This document shows, in pieces, positions 13,455 to 28,940 of a stretch of 64,000 nt of DNA. Each line of letters opens with the position of its first letter. Position 1 is the stretch's first letter. This stretch comes from Eledone cirrhosa (Eukaryota), in assembly GCA_964016885.1 (NCBI GenBank), contig OZ024750.1, positions 3,286,001 to 3,350,000 of the forward strand. Reading direction: 5' to 3'. The position numbers were made by a program, and so were the translations under genes. Under the pieces are notes generated by a model, which saw only the letters and a list, made by a program, of their open reading frames with translations, searched no databases and was not told the origin of the DNA.

Positions 13455-13815
13455 TGCTGGCCAGCATTGGAAAACGGACGTTAAGTGGTGGTGGTGGTGA
13501 TGGTAATGGTGATGATGATGATGGTAATGGTGATGATGATGGTAGTGATGATGGTAATGATGGTAGTGATGATGGTAATGATGATGGTAATGATGGTAGT
13601 GGTAGTGGTATTGGTGATGGTGCTGATGATAATGGTAGTGGTAGTGGTATTGGTGATGGTGCTGATGATAATGGTAGTGGTGATGGTTGTGATGATGATG
13701 GTAATGATGATGGTAATGGTGGTGGTGATGATGATGATGATGGTGGTGGTAGCGGCGGTGGTAGTGGTGGTGACGTTGCTGCTGGTGGTGATGGTGGTGG
13801 TGATGACGGTGGTGT
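13455..13815 (+). repeat. SINE-B tail followed by expanded (GAT/GGT)n tract
   Basis: GGAAAACGGACGTTAAG tail followed by trinucleotide repeats. Source of the poly-His, poly-Thr and Gly-Asp ORFs. Confidence 0.85.
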
Positions 13816-16336
13816 AGGTGCACTTGATGTTAAAAACTAGGGCGCTTACAAAGATGTGTGGGCTACAAGTCATTATAAAGCAAAGATGTCTTGAAACGAA
13901 GTGAAATAGGAACTCTTGATAACAGGTGACTGGAATGTTATCCACTTAGCCAAGTGATGTTCCACTTAAATCTCACTCAACTATGAATGTCCGAGGGAAT
14001 TTCTTGTATGTGTAATAGCAAGAAGTGAACTACTTTCTACTTAAATAAATAATAAAACTTCCTTACAACAATTATATCTTAGTAACAAAAACAAAAAATG
14101 TATAGAAGAATTATTGATAATATCAGCACTAACTGATAACTCATCGATATTTAGAAAGCCCATCAAAGGCATGTCTGTCTTTCATCTTCCCCGGGTCGAT
14201 AACATAAGTACTAGTTAAGTGTGGGAGAGCAAGGACATGATTGACTGGTTAATCTACCTTATTAGAAATCTACGTTTACTCTTATTAAAACAAACTTGGT
14301 TTCTATATTCTTAATAGATATTTTCTTTTTGCAAATAGAAAATAATTTAACGACGATGTATTTGTTTTGCAAGGGTTTTATTTTTATATGAAATCGGTTG
14401 TTGAAAGAGATGTTATATTTAAAGAGGAGGGTTATGCTGTCCTAATATTGCCAGATAAGTCGAGCAAATATATTTACACGATGTTTATATACGAAGGAAC
14501 AGCAACCTGGTCGTTTGACCTGCTAGAAATATTAAATCTCTCCATATTCACATCCTACAGTTTAAATACACAACAAACAACGAAGGACACATTAGACAAT
14601 GTAGCCCCATCCACAGAAAAGAGGCGGAATGAGAAGAGATGGAATGCTTTTGATTATAGGTAATCTTGACTAAGGTTCACCTGGAGCAACTCTACAATAC
14701 ACGAAGACAAGTCCATAACACTTGTTTTTAAATAACCTATAACAAGTATATGAGACTACAACAAATAACTGACAGATTAAAACATAATATAATCCTATTT
14801 TGATTATTAATAGGATATAAACATTTCCTCAGGGTCATTCATAGAAATTATTTCCTATGAAATACGTTTATAATGAATGTGTGTTTGTGTATGTCTGTAT
14901 GTATGTGTATGTGTGTATGTATGTAGGTATGTCTGTGTGTATGTATGTATGTGCGCATGTATGTATGTATTTCTTAGCATCATTAAGTAAACGGTTTATT
15001 TGTGACATGCATGTGTGTATGTATGTATGGGGTGTCTGTATGTGTGTATGTCTGTCTGTGTATGTGTGTGTATATATGTATGTATGTATGTGTGTATGTG
15101 TCTATTTCTTAGCATCATTAAGTAAACGGTTTATTTGTGCGAAATGCATGTGTATGTATGTATGTATGTATGTCTGGGATGTCTGTATGTGTATGTGTGT
15201 GTATATATGTATGTGTATATGTGTATATATGTATGTATGTATATATGTATGTATGTATGTATGTATGTGTGTATGTGTCTATTTCTTAGCATCAGAGAAG
15301 TAAACGGTTTGTTTGTGTGTAAATGACATGTATTCAGAATATGTGTGCATGCCTGTTTGAGAAAATATGTAAGCGAGTGCAAATATGTAAGTAAACCAAT
15401 ATATATATATATATATAAATATATATAATTCGTGGAAGGTATTTGTGTGTGTACGTGCAAGGACAGCAAATGCTAACCTGCGCCGTTTGTACACACATGT
15501 GCGAGGTAATGTACATACATGTGCGAGGTAATGTACATACATGTGCGAGGTAATGTACATACATGTGCGAGAAAGGTACATATATTTGTATGTACACAAA
15601 AATGTAAATGAAAACAAGAATGTAATGTACATTGGGAAAAATGTGAAACTGAAAGGCTGTTCGGGTGCACAGTTTGGTGTGGAAATGTAGCAATGTGCGT
15701 GTACATACAAACATTTGTTTTTGTCTTGTCAACTGTATTATTAACTTCAAATTTTAGGGAACATATCTAATTATATTCACATTAAATAAAAATAGTTGAA
15801 TTTAAAAAAAAGCTTGAAATATTTAAAACATTTGTTTTTTTAAAGTAATAACGCTTAGACTACTGTACTCACATAAATGTAGGGTGTGTGTGTATATATA
15901 TATTATATATGTGTGTGTGTGTGTTAAATGGGATACCTACTTTTCTTTTAAAATTGCACCTTTTATAAATAAATGATTATTAAACAAGTACTCAATACAT
16001 GTAGTGTATGTACGTGTGTGCGTGTATATATATAACAAGAATTAACTTTCGATTTAACGACCTGTAAAAATCTTCATGTCACACACTACCATTTAAAAAA
16101 AAAAAAAAAATGCCACAGACCACACTGTACAAAACGACGGGATGGTCACGGTTAGAACACCTTTCATAACATGCCTGATCAATCAAGGCTAGCCCGGGGG
16201 GAGGGGATTAAACAACAACAACACTAACACCTTAGCTTGTGAACAATTCTGAAACTGCACCAGTTAAACTATTACATCTAAACAATTACAATATATAGAG
16301 AGAGTAAAGTACAAATACTATAACTTATAAACTTAC

Positions 16337-16379
16337 CTTTTATTTTACGGACATATGCCTGATTAATTAAAGCAGCCAT
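16337..16379 (-). CDS. Candidate alternative start exon C, coding part MAALINQAYVRKIK+1 nt
   Basis: ACT-ATG-G start context (A at -3, G at +4) and perfect donor AAG|GTAAGT. Phase 1. Unique sequence upstream. Product not recognised. Confidence 0.55.
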
Positions 16380-18209
16380 AGTGTTTCCATTAAAATAAGC
16401 CGCTAATCCAAATCTACTAGAAAATAATCAATGTATCTCTGTCTCTCTTCTCAAAGTTAATCAGTTCTGAAGAGTGTTGAGTAATAGGTGTTCAATCCTA
16501 TTGCCATGCACCATTCTAGTGCAAGCTATGGTGATGAGTAAACAATTGAACAGGAACAAAAAAAAATCTTTATTTTATTTTTTAATCTTTTTTTTCTTTC
16601 GTTTGTTTAACTATACTGAAAAACTCTAACGGAATAAAGAAGAGATTTTTTTCTTGTGTGTTAATAGCCAATGGTCACTGTGAGCTAACCGTGCCAAAAC
16701 TTTTTAAATAACCACTTAACAGAAGCGAATTTGTAGTCAAGTCACACTACACACACATACTAACAGATACACACACACATACTAACAGATACACACACAC
16801 ATACTAACAGATACACACACATATACTAACAGATAGCAGTGTTTGGTTGTATTTAAAATATGCCAGGTTATGCTTGATGCAGTTAAAATGAGGGAGACAG
16901 CTTCACAGGTCCATGACTATAGACTTGGAGTGGAGAAAAGTTTACAAGAACATGTGAAGAAAGGAAACAAAAGACAAAGCAATTATGAGAGGAAAAAAGA
17001 ATAAATGATAATTTATTCAGTGGCTGGCGCCCCACAGTAAATAAAGGTAGTCAGTGTTTTGACGGTTTCTCTGTGATGGATATAATGTCACTTTATCATA
17101 GGATGACACACTAACAATTATGAGAGGGGAGAGAGGGAGGAAATAGAGGGAGAGAGAGAGATAAAGAGATGAGAAGAGAGAGAGGAGAGAAAGGAAAGAA
17201 GGGAAAGAGGAGATGGGGAGAAAAAGAGAAGGCGAGAGAGAGAGAGAATGTGAGAGCTATATCAGCACTACAACGGACATACGAGTTTAATAAATGCCGG
17301 TCAGTGTACTGCCGGCACCACACACACACCTATATATATACATGTATATAAATATATACACACACACACATATAACACATGCAGTTAACATTGAGTCTGC
17401 AGAGAGAGATGGGAACTAAATGACCTGAAAATGCTTCTTTACAGAGAAGCTCACTATGACAGACTGACAGACAGCTTGTGTTAGACGTTGATGTTCAAAG
17501 TTTGTTTATCATTAGGCTGACTACTAAGCTCGGATAGCTTTTATATTTCACTTCAGGAATCAATTCTTTTTCTTCACTTTTCTGGATTTAAAAAGTTATA
17601 AACTACAGTAAGACTTCGTCAATTTCTATTTCGAAAAAAATCCATCTATCTCTCTCTATAAATATATTTATATAAATATATATATATACATTCCTAATTG
17701 TATATCGTTAGCTTGGCCACAGCCAAAACTTCGATTTTACTAAACTTCCATTTGTGTATATATATATATATCACAAAAGAAGAGAATATAGATATTCAAA
17801 TGCCAATATTTTTTGAAATAAGAAAGACATTATTGTTGAAAGGATGCTTTATAAATCAGCTAGATTTCCAGGAGAGAATGTGATTATAAGAATGGAGAGA
17901 GTTATATTATGAAGCAGGGGCACTCGAGACTGGCTTCTGACTAAGTGTGTATAAAATACAACACTAACAAATGCTCCTAACAGACTTGCATTTAACATAT
18001 TCACCAACATAATACTTTGATTAGTAACAACTGACAAATAGGGTTAAAACGACAGTTAATTATTTTTACAGCATACCCTTCGTAATATATTTATTACTGC
18101 TCAAATTTTACATTCTTTCAAAAGAATTTCCCAAGTGGATGTGAATATTTGACATGTGTCAAAATATTTCTTTTTATAGTAAACGTTAGATATTAATGTT
18201 TTCCTGTAG

Positions 18210-18273
<64 letters not shown>

Positions 18274-18534
18274 GAGACGAAGCATGTATGGAACAGTCAT
18301 AGCTTCGGTCGCTTCTTCACTCACTCGATGACCAAATTAAGTTTGTATTATTAAAATTCCAACCCAGCTGACTAGTGTTCACTTTCGTTAATCAGTGAGG
18401 AAGACGACTATATATATATATATATATACTTCCCTGACATTTGTACATTATTCTATGTACTATACAAGCAGCTTTGACGAGTTGTAGTGCACCTGAGCAC
18501 TGTACACAATAATTTCATTATTATATATATATAA

Positions 18535-18727
18535 ACGAAGGTGGATTGAAAAGTTCATAGGCAGACTATGAACGAGTGATGTGAAACCTTACATGCATTG
18601 GTTTCAATTCTTCGTATTAGTAGTAACTGTATTGTTTCTTTCCAGGGACTACGTTGAGAAATAAACCTCCTTTGGTCATTCCATGAGAGTATCTTGGTCA
18701 GCCTATGAATCTTTCAAACGACCCCCA
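18535..18727. mobile_element. Tc1/mariner-type MITE (about 190 bp)
   Basis: Inverted ends TGAAAAGTTCATAGGC / GCCTATGAATCTTTCA. Copies at 23622-23880, 34933-35123, 49520-49875 and 53505-53575. Confidence 0.7.
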
Positions 18728-18843
18728 CATATATATATATATATATATACCCCCACACACACATACATCAGGAAAGCCTGATGATTTCTCTCAAATGAAA
18801 CAATTCTAGTCCTGTAGAAGCCATTTCTATATTAAACCTGTTT

Positions 18844-18877
<34 letters not shown>

Positions 18878-20415
18878 TCCGTTATCTAATCGTGAATGCC
18901 AGACGAAAAAGAAAATGGGAGAAAAAAACCGTGTTTGAATTGAAATGCTTTATAAGAAAATATGAGCAGTGTTTCTATTTAATCCCTCTCTTGTTACTTT
19001 TTACATCAACTTTCTCCTGCAGTGAATAATTCAAATTAACATTTTTGTCTGATGCAAACACCTGAAAATAGCTATATTGAAATTAAAACTTATGCCACCA
19101 TTTTCTAGCATACCTACAACTTATATAAGGAAATTGGAATGGCATATTTGGTGAGATTAACATGACTAGAATACCTTTGATGTAAAGTCTGTTTAATTAA
19201 GACTGACCTAGGGCTAAACAACAACATGTCTTTTAAATAAAGAATAAATTCTATGACCCTTCCATATTAATTGTATAGAACAAAATATATATTAAGTGAT
19301 TTGGGTGTTAAATAAGGTGTGATGAACATGACTAGAATACCTTTGATGTAAAGGTATTACTCCTTGATTAAGACTGACCTAGGGTTAAACAACATGCAAG
19401 ATCTTTGCAACATTTATTTTAAATAAAGAATTAATTATTGTACGATTCTTCCATATTATAATTGTATGGAACACAAAAGTATATTAACAGTTATTATATA
19501 TTGTACACCTCTACATTTAACTAGAATACAATGAACTCTATAAATTCAAACTTTAGTTACACTCAAAAACATTAGCTAATGTTACTCAAAATAAAAAATT
19601 ATATTAGGAATTAAAGAAAGCAAAATTTTATACTAACACAAATCAATAGAAATGGATTTAAATTCCATACTTCTCATTCTGCAATCATGCTAGGAAATTG
19701 CTTTAATTTAAATGAAACTTTAGACTGGATAACAAGACCTTTTAACGGAATTCCTTTGTCTGAGATATTAGAATACCCTGCTGTTGAATCATTGTAATTT
19801 CCAGAAATTTACAACTAATATCACAAATAGTTGATAGTCTTTCTAACATTATTTCCAACCCACGACCAAACTAAATCACTGTTAATAGCTTTAAAGTGAA
19901 ATTAATATTTCCAATAATCTTTTATTCCCCCCCCCCCCCCCCCCCCTGTATTTATTGGATATGAGCTGGTTTGATTTAATGAGAACAGTAATGTGGAAAA
20001 TTTATAAAGAAGCAAACAAAAAATATAGTAAATTGAAAAGATAATTAGTAAGATAAGACAGACTGAAATATAATTGATCTAAGACCTATGAAACAATCTA
20101 TTAAAAATTAATTAATAAAATATAATTGTTAATTTTTAAATCAACGATTGCACTCCACAGATGACATCTTTCCTCGACAATTCAGGTGATAAGATAAGTG
20201 TTCAAAGTTAGACATAATAATAATAATAATAATATTTAAATGAAAGAAGAAAAAGAAAAAAGAAAACTAAGCAAAGAAGAAGGGATGGAGGTACAGACTC
20301 TACATTCATCCCAGTGTGAGTGGTGATTTGGCCATTCCACAGACAATATGACAAAGGCTTTGCCAGAGAATGGCCAGTGACACCCACAATACAAACCCGC
20401 TTCTGTGTGTGTATA

Positions 20416-20459
<44 letters not shown>

Positions 20460-21134
20460 ATAATATATTGTATGTTTATTTTAAAACATTTTGAAGACCA
20501 TTCGCTATGAATTTTAAAGCAGTGACTACATTCTTAGTCTCAACAAAAGCAAAGGGGAGTAATCAACGGTCCCGTTTCTTGCTCATAAGTGGTTATCAAC
20601 ACTACATACCCTTTTATTTCTGCCGAGAATTATAGAAGCTGGATTCTTATAGAATTCCAGTTATGTTTAAGAGCTGATATATAATTGATGACTGGGTGGT
20701 GTATTGTTTATAAAGATAACATTTAGGTCATGCCAGTAATTTAAACTTACACCGATGCAATTTGATTTCTCACTCAAATTTAATATGTGATACATTATTT
20801 CCTGTGGGTGACATCAGCCACAGTGGCAAGAAAATTACTTTATAGACACACAAAGAGACAGGGACCCCATTTGTTATAATAAATTGTTACATCCAAGACA
20901 TCCACAAAATGGATCAAAATACACAAAAACAAATGAAATATAAATATAAAACCTAAAATACAATTTTACTCTCACATTTTTAAAACTTTATTATATTGTT
21001 AAACATGTTTTATTTTCAAAGTATTCTATTAATTTATATAATTACTCTCAATGAATTATTTTTCTAATCAGTAACTTTTTTACAATGTCTATTATAGCGT
21101 TTTACAGTTGTGTTGTATTATTATTGGAGTTTGG

Positions 21135-21570
21135 ATTGGCGGAATCAGTAGAGCATCGGACAACATGCTTCGCGGCATAGAGTTACGTCCCATTACGTTC
21201 TGAGTTCAAATCCCGCCAAGGTTAGCTTTGCCTTTCATCTTTACGGGGTTGATAAAATAAAGCACCAGTAATGCCCTGGGGTCGATTTAATTGACTTTCC
21301 CCTCCCCCCAAATTGCTGGCCTTGTGCCTAAAGTAGAAATTGTGATTATTGGAGTTGAAGGGCAGTGGATTGGCAGAGTTGGTAGAGCATCGGATACCCT
21401 GCTTCACAGTCCTTTACATTCTGAGTTCAAATCCCACTGTGATAGCTTTGTCTTTCATCCTTACGGGGGCAATAAAATAAAGTACCAGTCATGCTCTGGG
21501 GTTGATTTAATCGACTCCCCTCCACCACCCACAAAAAAATTGCTATCCTTGAACCTAAATCAGAAACCAT
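21135..21570 (+). mobile_element. Two tandem near-full-length Nin-type SINEs (family A)
   Basis: A-box-like TGGCGGAATCAGTAG, B-box GAGTTCAAATCCC, Nin core GCCTTTCATC...GATAAAATAAAG.ACCAG and tail GCTGGCCTTGTGCCTAAA. Confidence 0.85.
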
Positions 21571-21767
21571 TCTTCTCAGAGATGAAATTTACATTTGACA
21601 AAAAAAAAAAAAAGACAGGATTTCACGGTTGTAATGTTTTTGATTTTGGTCCTAGATTTTCACAATAGGGCCATAAACATTATTTTGATTTGTAATTAGC
21701 TGAAATTGCATTACTTTATATTCTCATAAATTGTATTTTATTTGGAATAGTATTAAGTTAAAATATA

Positions 21768-22275
21768 TCATCATCATCGTCTTACATCCACAATGTTGGC
21801 ATGGTAAAGACAGCTCCTTTTTAGCATAACCTCCCTCCACTCACAGCATTTTTTCATTTCCTCTGTGAGCTTCATTATTTTCAGATTAGCTCTAACCACC
21901 TCTGCCCAGGTTTTTCTCAGTCTTTCTCAACCATAGCTTCCTTCCACTGGCATCACTTGGCACTTCTTCACTATCACTCATCATCCATTTCAAACCAGCA
22001 CTGTCTTCTCACATGCACACCACATCTGATTCCTCTTATACCCAACATTTCTCTTATTTCATCCACATCCTGTTATTCATACACACTAACAAGCTCACTT
22101 CATATCTCTGCAGCCTCCATATATCCTCTCTATTTACCACCCATGTCTCACTGACATGCAGCATCAAACTTCTCATCCAGACATCAATCTTACCCTTCGC
22201 TCATGGAGAAAATCTCTTTCTTGTCAACAGTAGTAATAGCTCTGTAAACTTTTTCCAGTTTGTGCTCATCCTAGA
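21768..22275 (-). mobile_element. RTE LINE 3' fragment (degraded)
   Basis: Minus translation includes MLHVSETW (compare MLHGSETW at 37128) and ends in a (GAT)n tail. Confidence 0.7.
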
Positions 22276-22813
22276 TTTTATTAAGTTTTATTTGTTTACT
22301 ATTTGAATTGAAATTTGAATTTAAAAAAAAGGGGTTACTTTTGGAAAGTCTTTAGTTATATTTTTTTTTTTCAATTTAAATTAAGTTGGTGATAATTGTC
22401 CTTAAAAAAGAGTTTCACAACAGAATATGTTGAGGAAGCACTGATATAAAACATTGAACTGATTCTTGTACAAGACTACAACTCGCAGATCAATAAGAGG
22501 AGCATCTATATAAGTTACTTGACATGCTAACAAGAGTTCTGATTTGGAAGTGCTGGGTTAACATAGCTAACTATTTAACAAGTTGGATTGTGACAGAAGG
22601 ATTATTTTCTTGAAATATAGAAGATATTAAGTTGCAAAAAACAAGTGACCCTCCGATCTGTCATAGACTGCTGTGACAACCTGTCCAGCTCATGACATGA
22701 TGAAAAACGAATGTAAAATTGATGATAAAGTTGAGATAAAAATCAGTTAAAATGACTGGATGATATATGAATAAAAATTATGTGTATATATACATATATA
22801 TATATATTCATTT

Positions 22814-22980
22814 TATTAAAGCTAAATAGTGAGTTTTGTTACTCTGGAGTTTCACCTGTTTGTCACAGGGTATCAGACAATCTCATGACCCTGTGATAAA
22901 CAGGTAAAACTCCAGAGTAACAAGACTATTTAGCGTTAATATATTAAAACTCTACTTCGGTATTGAGAACTCCTTTCTCT
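22814..22980 (+). mobile_element. PLE-like terminal fragment: fold-back with degenerate hammerhead
   Basis: Arms at about 22814-22871 and 22888-22941. The left arm on the minus strand reads TTGT-CTGAT(-)A-C-CCTGT-GACAA-ACAGG-T-GAAAC-TCCAGA-GTA-ACAA. Followed by ACTCTACTTCGGTATTGAGAACTC. Confidence 0.7.
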
Positions 22981-22994
22981 CAGCCATCAACTGT

Positions 22995-23170
22995 GTGTGT
23001 TAGGAAGGGCATCCAGCTGTAAAATTACTGTCCAAATTTACATTCCTTGTTGGAGCAAAGCACAGTGTGGCCAATTCTGGCCAGACTTGTCTCCCAGTGT
23101 GGACAACTCGTCTAACCCATGCTGGCATGGAAAAATGGACGCTAAACAGCGATGATGATGATGATGATGA
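22995..23170 (+). mobile_element. SINE family B 3' fragment
   Basis: GTTAGGAAGGGCATCCAGC...AACCCATGCTGGCATGGAAAAATGGACGC...(GAT)n. Confidence 0.8.
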
Positions 23171-23889
23171 TATATATGTGGTGTAAAAATATTGATATTC
23201 TATAGACCTGTAAAATAATTCAGTGAATCAAAAGCAAATAATGTTTGAAGTTCATTACAAACTGACAGAATCATTCATTACACCATGTTGAATTTGAGAG
23301 AAAATGACGAAACGAGGACAAGTGGAAAGCATGATCAATCAATCATGGAATCTAGTAAAATAAAATGAATTAATAAATAAAACCGTTGGCATTAGATTTC
23401 TACACAATCAACAATTATAGTGTAGAGAATAATTAGAATAAGCTTGTTGATTCGTCTCGTTTAAATTTGTTCAATCACTGATTTCAGACAACATGATAAA
23501 GAATAGAATTAACTTCGATGTCTGATGAACAGCATCAAAAGTTTTCACTTTAAATTAATGATGTTCCATGACTTTAACTAAAGTCAGGTATTAGTTAGTG
23601 TTCCACATGTTCTATACAGGAGACGGGGGGCTGTAAAGTTCATAGGCTGACCATGGAATGACCAAATGAGGTTTATTTTTCAACATATTCCCTGGAAAGA
23701 AACTATGCAGCTATTAATAAGAGTTGAAATTAATGTATGCAAGATTTCACAGCTCTAGCATCACTACAATATATGAGGGTCAGCTGAAAATTCCATAGGC
23801 TAACCAAAATACTCTCATGGAATGATCAAACAAGGTTTATTTTTCAACAGAGTCCCTAGAAACAATGCAGTTATTAATAAGAAGAGTTG

Positions 23890-24072
23890 AAGGCAGTGGA
23901 TTGGCAGAATTGGTAGAGTGTGGGACAAGCTTAGCGGCAAAGAGTTACAGCCCTTTATGTTCTGAGTTCAAATCCTGCCGAAGTTAACCTTGCCTTTCAT
24001 CCTTACGGGGGTCGATAAAATAAAGTACCAGTAATACACTGGGGTCAATTTAATCGACTCCCCCCCCCCCCC
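23890..24072 (+). mobile_element. Nin-type SINE family A
   Basis: Head, B-box and Nin core as at 21135. Confidence 0.85.
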
Positions 24073-24982
24073 ATCCATATATATATATATATTGGCATGG
24101 GATAAACAAAAATAAAACTTGTAGTATTTATCTACAGTTATGTTCTTTTAAATTGACTTTTTGTCATAAACCAAACTTATAAAATAAATACCAAAGAAGG
24201 TACTGGAACAATATAATAGACTTAAAGCCCAGCATGGTCGCAGCTCGATGACAAATCGATAGGAGAATTTAAAAAAAGAGATACATATGTATATAAATAT
24301 TTATTATTATAGGTTTTATCTCTCAGAAAATATTCTGCAGAAGATTTTCTGAGAGATAAAACCAACATAAGTTCCTCCACAGATTAAACAGCTTCATCTT
24401 TAAAGTACTTGAACTCAGAAAATCAAAAATATGTTTATTTTTATACATATAGCTATATAGATAAGATGTTAGGATGTCCACACCCAAAATTTAAGTTTAA
24501 AAAAAAAACATACTAAACAACCAAGGAAGCATTCTAAAATCTAGTAATAGAAAAATTTAAACAAAATTGCTAAGACATATTTTTACCATAACGGTTTGAA
24601 TAAACTTCCGCAGTGAAAAATACTTTTAAAAAATGCTTCCTGAAATTCTTTACACATATCATCATCATCATCATCATCAATCACTGTTTTTACATCCAGT
24701 TTTCTATTCTGGCATACATTGAACAGGATATTTTGAGAATATTTACAGTTGGATGCCCTTCCTGATAACTCTTACATCACACAGAGATACTGAGTACCTA
24801 TTATAAAAGCTGGTATGAATACATTGATACACATCAAATGTGAATGAAAATCTACCCCAAAAACACAGAAGAAACAAACTATCTGTTATACAGTGTGTCC
24901 ACAAAGTCACTCGACATTTTATATATATATATATCCATGTATATATACTGATTAATGTTCAGAGCCATGCTCAGCATTCTTG

Positions 24983-25228
24983 TGTAGCACAGAGGAGACT
25001 GAGGTTAGCTGGACATGTTCACCGACATCCAGAGTTGATATTACACTCAGTGCTCCTGTGGGAGCCCCTGCATGGACACACTGGAAGATGAAGACCGAGG
25101 TTGACATATGTTGATGCCCTAAGGACAGACACTGGTCTCTTGGAGACGCAGGACATGGCAGCGATGATGAGGGACAGAGACCGCTGGAGAGAACTCGTCC
25201 ATGGATCTCGGGAATTTTGCCCGCCTTA
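24983..25228 (+). mobile_element. RTE-like LINE 3' end nested in a small Tc1-type MITE
   Basis: Translates as VAQRRLRLAGHVHRHPE...LLWEPLHG...RPRLTYVDAL...RDRDRWRE. Flanked by inverted ends at 24889-24922 and 25245-25281 (CCACAAAGTCAC / GTGACTTTGTGG). Confidence 0.75.
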
Positions 25229-25651
25229 GATAGATATATATTTGTATAAAATTATCTAGTGACTTTGTGGTCGCCTAGTATAATGGATAACCAGACTAAC
25301 CACCACTACTACACTTAGACATGACAGATTTCCAACTTCAAATTTAACATATTTAAGTCTAACTGGACAAACGCTGACTACAGCTCGGGCTAGTAAGGGA
25401 ATCACTTAACTAGCAATAAACAGATGAATCTGATCGATACAAACATGACTCCGTCTCTAAATACTTCCTTGCTGAGACAATACTATAATAAATGTAATGT
25501 AATACAATGTAAATGGTTAACATATTTATGATAAACTTAATACATTTTATACATGTGAAATATGATGGAAAAACTGACAGGATCGCCTTCGTGATACAAT
25601 GATACAAACTTCCTTTATTTCACATTATATAATTATATATATATATATATA

Positions 25652-25688
<37 letters not shown>

Positions 25689-26885
25689 TAGTGTGGAAAG
25701 TGGTCGTTAAAGATGATGATATATATATATATATATATACGTATATGCATGCACACACATATATATATGCATACACACGCACATATGCATACACACGCAC
25801 ATATGCATACACAAACACATATACATACACACATATACATACATACACACATATACATACATACACACACACATATACATATATATATATTACACACACA
25901 AGGAATAGGTATGAAAAATAAATCTATTTTCTCTTTGCCATTTCACAGTATAATTCATCTATTTCTCTTCACTTGAATTTTGTCGAAATTTTAATATTTT
26001 CATTTGCACAAATATAAATTTGAATTAAGGAAAAAAAATGTCTTTTATATCAGTGAAGTTTGAAGCATTAAAATTGCTGCAGGTGCTTAAAAAACCCCTC
26101 TCTCTCACACACAGATGTGTATGTATACACACACACACACACATATATTTATATATATACACATATACAGACACACACACACATGTATACAAACACACAC
26201 ACATACACATATATACACACACACATATATAAATGTAAATTCTAATAATACAATATTTGCCTTTTGCACACACACATATATATATATACATATATACATA
26301 CATAAATATTATGTATATAGACATAAATATTATGTATATATACATACATACATATTATGTATATATACATACATAAATATATTATTTGAACATTAACATT
26401 ATGGGCTTTGAGAATCCAAAACATGAAAAAGATTTTTCTCATGAAAATAAACATCAAATTTAAGGGTTAATATGAAAAACATTCTTTTTTTGCAGAAAAG
26501 AAAGATTTTTTTTTCATAAAAATTTGGTGTTTCAATAGATTTTTTTTCTTTTAAATATATTTTAAATATTCACTACTTGGCATAGAGTTGGGTCAACTGT
26601 GTACACGTGTCTGTTTGCCAGAGTAATACATAATATAAAAAGCAGAGAATCTCATTGTTTTTAGTTTATTTTGGCTACAGGAAGTTTGCAGCACCTAACT
26701 TTGTTAATATGTATATAATGTAATGTTAAAACAGAATAAAAGCAACATTTCTTAAAGTCAACTTTTTTTTTCAAAATAGAATGCTTCTGTTAAAGTCGGG
26801 CAGCAGACAGCATGAAGCAAATGGGTCATGGATAAAAATGAGAGAAATTGAGTTATGTTACTTCTAAGGATTTGAAAATCCTGCC

Positions 26886-27079
26886 AAAATCTAGATCTTA
26901 ATGAATTAGAGAACCTATTGGTTTTAGTATATCCCACCTCTCACCTCACAAAATACTGTGATATCAGTGATTTCTACATCAGTGGATGTAGAAATCACTG
27001 ATATCACAGTATTTTGGGAAGTGAGAGCTGGGATATACTAAAACCAATAGGTTCTCTAATTCATTAAGATCTAGATTTT
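26886..27079. repeat. Long inverted repeat (95-bp arms, 4-nt loop)
   Basis: 26886-26980 pairs with 26985-27079 with a few mismatches. Loop AGTG. Confidence 0.95.
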
Positions 27080-27804
27080 CCATTCCAATAGCATGATTAT
27101 TTTCTGTCAAGCTGTTTATCCTAACTCAAAGCCAAACACTTTTAGTTGTTAGTTTGAAGCTAGAAACATCATATTCCTCTTGTGAAAATATGCTGAATAT
27201 ATTAACCTTTAATAGAATATTAACAGAGGGGAAAAAAGAAACTTTTAACAGTAAAAACACTAAATGTTGCTACAACTGAAAATATATTCTCAGCTCGGGT
27301 ATTTCTATATTCAAAAATATTCATTGGAGAACCAACTTCTAGTCCAACCCATGCCAGGACTTATGGTAATGTTGATGGTGGTGGTGGTGGTGATGGTGGT
27401 GATGGTGATGATGATGATGATGATGGTGATGATGTTGATGGTGGTGATGATGGTGGTGGTGGTGGTGGTGGTGATGATGATATTGATGATGGTGGTAAAG
27501 GAGAAAGAAAGAAAAAAAAGTAAATAGTTTAAAATAGCTACCAATGAATACACAGCCTTTCACAAAAACTTGGCCATTACCTACAAAAGCATCGGTGCTT
27601 CACTTCTTTATCTGATAAATATAACAGCTTTCCAATTTTCCCTCGTTACCAATGGATACGAGAAAAATATGGAAAGATTTGCCTGTCCACAAATATTGAG
27701 GTCTTGCTCTACTTTGAACTTAATAAATAAATTAAAGTATAAATATTTCATCAGTATCACACCACCATCTCTTCTATCTGTGTATGTATGTATATATATA
27801 TATA

Positions 27805-28561
<757 letters not shown>

Positions 28562-28583
28562 TATATATATATATATGTATATA

Positions 28584-28920
28584 TCATCATCATCATCATT
28601 TCACGTCCACTTTTCCCTGCTTGCAAGGGTGGGATGGGAACTGATTCTGGCTTGATTTCTACAGCTGGATGCCCTTCCTAACACCAACCTCATTTACAGT
28701 GAGTGCTGGGTGCTTTTTTTGCCGTGGTACCTCCACGGCCACTTTGCAGTGGAATGATATGGACCCCAGTCCCTATCATCTCATTTCTACAGCTGAGTAA
28801 ACTGGAGCAATGTGAAATAAAGTGTCTTGTTCAAGGAAAGAACACATCACCCAGTCTGAGAATTGAACTCACAACCTTTCGATTGCAAGGCCAATGCTCT
28901 AACCACTAAGCCATGTGCCT
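28584..28920 (-). mobile_element. Full-length tRNA-headed SINE (family B variant)
   Basis: Minus strand starts GGCACATGGCTTAGTGGTTAGAGC...GTGAGTTCAATTC. Matches 54858-55216. An inverted partial copy lies at 29123-29255. Confidence 0.85.
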
Positions 28921-28940
28921 CCATCCTATATATATATATA

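Noticed and set aside
13446-13945. Poly-His, poly-Thr and Gly-Asp ORFs (also 27264-27563)
   Set aside because: Trinucleotide expansions following SINE-tail-like sequence, with no supporting splice sites seen.
14968-15318. Three ~35-bp repeats with variable spacers (CRISPR-like)
   Set aside because: The spacers are GTAT microsatellite, the DNA is eukaryotic and there are no cas genes. This is a simple tandem triplication.
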